A DNA stretch of 64,000 nucleotides, from positions 6,284,863-6,348,862 of the forward strand of contig OZ316893.1 of NCBI GenBank assembly GCA_973895155.1, written 5' to 3'. Source of the stretch: Marsupella aquatica (Eukaryota; Plantae; Marchantiophyta). Position numbers and translations under genes: made by a program. Positions 61,100-64,000 of this stretch are shown in pieces (within the stretch, counting starts at the first letter, position 1; each line of letters opens with the position of its first letter). A model generated the notes under the pieces. That model did not search any database. It saw nothing but the letters and a program-made list of their open reading frames with translations, and was not told the origin of the DNA.

Positions 61100-63900
61100 G
61101 CGTGGAGAATGGCGAACGTTGTCTCGTTGAGATGTCTGCAGCCGACCGTCTTCATTCCGCAAAGAACGTGGCTGTCACATGGTTGTGCCTTGTATTGTCC
61201 GGAAGGGATTCCAATCTGCTTATGTACTTCGAATCTGACGAACCTGAAGAGCAGATTAAGTTCTGCACCAAAACCAACAGCCCCCCAGTTAAGATTCAAT
61301 GGCCTTGATGCTATACGGCCTCTTACCAGACCACAGGATGCACGAGGAGACGCTGTCACACCAATTGCCTCCTCTTCGAGGGATGTGGGCTCTTGGAATA
61401 ATGGGGAGGATAATAACAATGAGAACAGGTCATGGTGGAGCCCGCGGGATGGATTTGGACTTTATCCATGGGATCCGTCATGGCAGGCAATAGATTTTGA
61501 TGGTGAGGCGGAGATTTTCCTTTCCTGAGCAGTGTAGTTCAGGGCCCATAGTAGATTATTTCTGTGTCTTTCAGATTATCGTCGACCTACGGATTCAGTA
61601 ACTCAAAGAAGGTGTCATAGAGAGTTTGATGAGGGAATTGGCATTGATGGCATTGGTGCCAATTTTGACGTGGGCGTGGGTTGTATCCATCTACGTCAAG
61701 GGCCTGTCAATCAGGAATGGGGTTAGAATCTCAAATCTCAGAGCATATTTGGAAGTATTTTGGAATCCCCTTCGGATGGCCCTAGTATTGGAACTGTTGG
61801 AATGTATACGTTCGGAAAGCCCTGACCCTAATTGCCACGTTTCGAATAGGTGTATTAGAGCCCCAAAATTTTGGTGGATGTATACAGAGTATCTGTTATC
61901 AGACAGCTCTAGGGTAAATGTGGCCTTCAGGACATGTGGTGGACACGTGGTCACCGTACTCTCCTTTCGTATTATGTTCTGCAGACCTTTAGGAAAGCCG
62001 TTTCGTTTGCATTTAGTCTTTCGATTGGGTAACCATCAATTACTCTCTAGTATGGAGAAACCTTCGAAGAACCTCACAGTTGACGTCGTTGCTGGCAGAT
62101 ATCCCGTGGATTCAGGAGGAGACAGTTACTCTCTTCACGTCAGAAGGTGTTGTGAAGCTGAGAAATTCACGAACTGTATCTCCCCGGGCATCTTACAATG
62201 AGGTATTTTCGCTCAACATCATTCTTATGAGAATTTACTTCCCAGGTTGGCTTCTTGAAAACTAGCTCAAAATCGGTCTAGATTTAAGGTATCGCAGTTT
62301 TTATACCAGTCTTAGTATGTTGCAGGTATCTTCATGTGATCCCTTTTGGTAGTCATAAATACTTATTCCGGATCCAAGAGTCCATATTCAAGTTCGATAA
62401 AATGGTGGAATTTCTTTGAAGGGTGCTGTTATTGATTCACTGACACTTCCTCCCCTCTGTTAAGTGGGTTGTCCCTTTCGCTCTTCCATTGTATCTTATT
62501 TGTTTTCTAAGGTCTGCATACTCAGTGCTATATGCTACTTACTGGGTCTTGCAAAAAGGTTTTGAGGATTCTCTTTCGTCAATGTCTCATTCGCTATGCG
62601 TTTCCAAAACATCTGATGATAATGTGCAAGCCATTGTACTAAATCTTAGCATCCTTGTGCTTGTGACAGAGGCAGTACGCACAATTGCGGGATCTCAACA
62701 GATTGAAGCGGTACCGAGAAGAAGACTATATGGATCCCAAGCAAGGACTATGTCTTGGAGCTATTTTCGACATCGCTGCGACCAATGTGAGCTATTTGAC
62801 TTTGATGTGGACTCCCAGACGCAAGGTTTTCAATAGTGTCCTTTATTTTCTTTCAGAACATAGGGAGAGTGGAGGAAACGAATTAGAAAGTGACCTTGTG
62901 TAAAATCTGAGAAGCACTGCAGTTTGGTGATAAATGAGATGGAAATCAACATGACAGAATCCACTTCAGTGAAAGCTTGCAAGGGCATGAATATCACCTG
63001 TATCCCACTCACGTACAACCCGTGGGGCTAAACGGACATCTTCGATCCATTTTCTTTTTCGACATGTCAAATGCCACTGGCAATGAAAGTAAAGTTTCTG
63101 TCTCCATTGATATGCTAACTATGATTTCTTTGATTGCTTTTAGCTCGATTACTTCACTTCTTAACATGTAAGATACTCTTTGACTTCCGATGCCAGGGAG
63201 TGGATATGGGACGCAGATTTTGTGTGTTTGGATTCTGCCGCTCCATTGAAATGCTTAGTGATGTTGTTGAAGACACTATTCTGGAACAAGGCGGCGAGGT
63301 ATATGCATCGTTCAAATCATGGACTCCCTTTAGCCTGCAGTCATTTTGTTTCAAGCCTCGATTTAATCATGATGGGCTCTTGTGTCCGACATTTTCTGTC
63401 TTTGGCCCGGAGCTGAAGTTATCATTTCGACACGAGTGTAATGCAGGTGTTGATAGCAGAGAAAGGGAGCTCAACAGGTCTTCATGAAAAGTTGACCATG
63501 ACCGTTGCAATGCCTGCTCTCTGGGGAGTGCCACCCGCTTTCGACGTTCTCAAAATGGCAATTAGGTCTGGTGGTGGTATTGTGGAGAAGACGTACAAAA
63601 AATGGGAGTTTTTTTAACGAGTATATGGAACTGATTGCGCGTTGGAGGTGTACAGCATTTTTATCATGTGTGAATTTGTAAAGGCAACATAGTTACTTTG
63701 GAACAGGAAACACAAAATCAAGCAGAGGGATTCAGGGAGAGCAAGTCAAATTCAGATTGAGATGTAGGCTAGTACGTTGGTCGTTCAATCAAAATCAGTG
63801 GTGCCGACAATCTGTAGTGTCTTTCGCTTCAGCTGTCTGCAGAAACCGTAGTCGTGGAGTGCGGGTCTCCTTGAATCCGCCCCTGACCACTGTGTGAAAG
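61100..63900 (-). mobile_element. Decayed L1-type LINE ORF2
   Basis: CHQCQFPHQTL.HLL (zf-RVT-like) near 61610-61660 and RT-like ATVMVN...LLSTP near 63440-63510; many stops. Confidence 0.5.
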
Positions 63901-64000
63901 CTTTTTATGTGCCTCCAAGATTAGGGGGAAACTTCTTATCGGGTTCAGCTGTAGCACCGGTGTACATTATTTTGTACTCGACATTGTTTGTAGCCTTACC

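Overview
Eukaryotic, repeat-rich land-plant DNA, probably a bryophyte or liverwort (inferred from the BPS1-like gene, the AUX1/LAX-like relic, L1 LINE remnants and spliceosomal introns). The main signal is in 1-14.8 kb. Removing three nested insertions, each defined by a target-site duplication (TSD), reconstructs one long spliced minus-strand pseudogene (ATG 10625 to 493 or beyond). It reads: N-terminal domain, ParB/Srx-like domain, helical region, bacterial-type beta-class N6/N4 DNA methyltransferase, acidic linker, then a Ulp1/SENP-like protease. It lies in a co-oriented cluster with F-box-like and Cys-rich ORFs. About 20 copies of a ~45-bp palindrome (core TGGGATAC-NNN-GTATCCCA), mostly at ~90-bp spacing, occur in the cluster, and all three arrays fall inside predicted GT-AG introns. 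The cluster ends in a hairpin at ~14.75 kb that appears to truncate the Myb gene of a PIF/Harbinger transposon, which suggests a large unclassified mobile element. The rest of the window holds the Harbinger (Myb, DDE transposase, RPA1-C-like cargo), Helitron-like elements, MITEs, an intact BPS1/DUF793-like gene, an AUX1/LAX-like pseudogene and decayed LINEs. All domain calls are by eye; no database searches were run.
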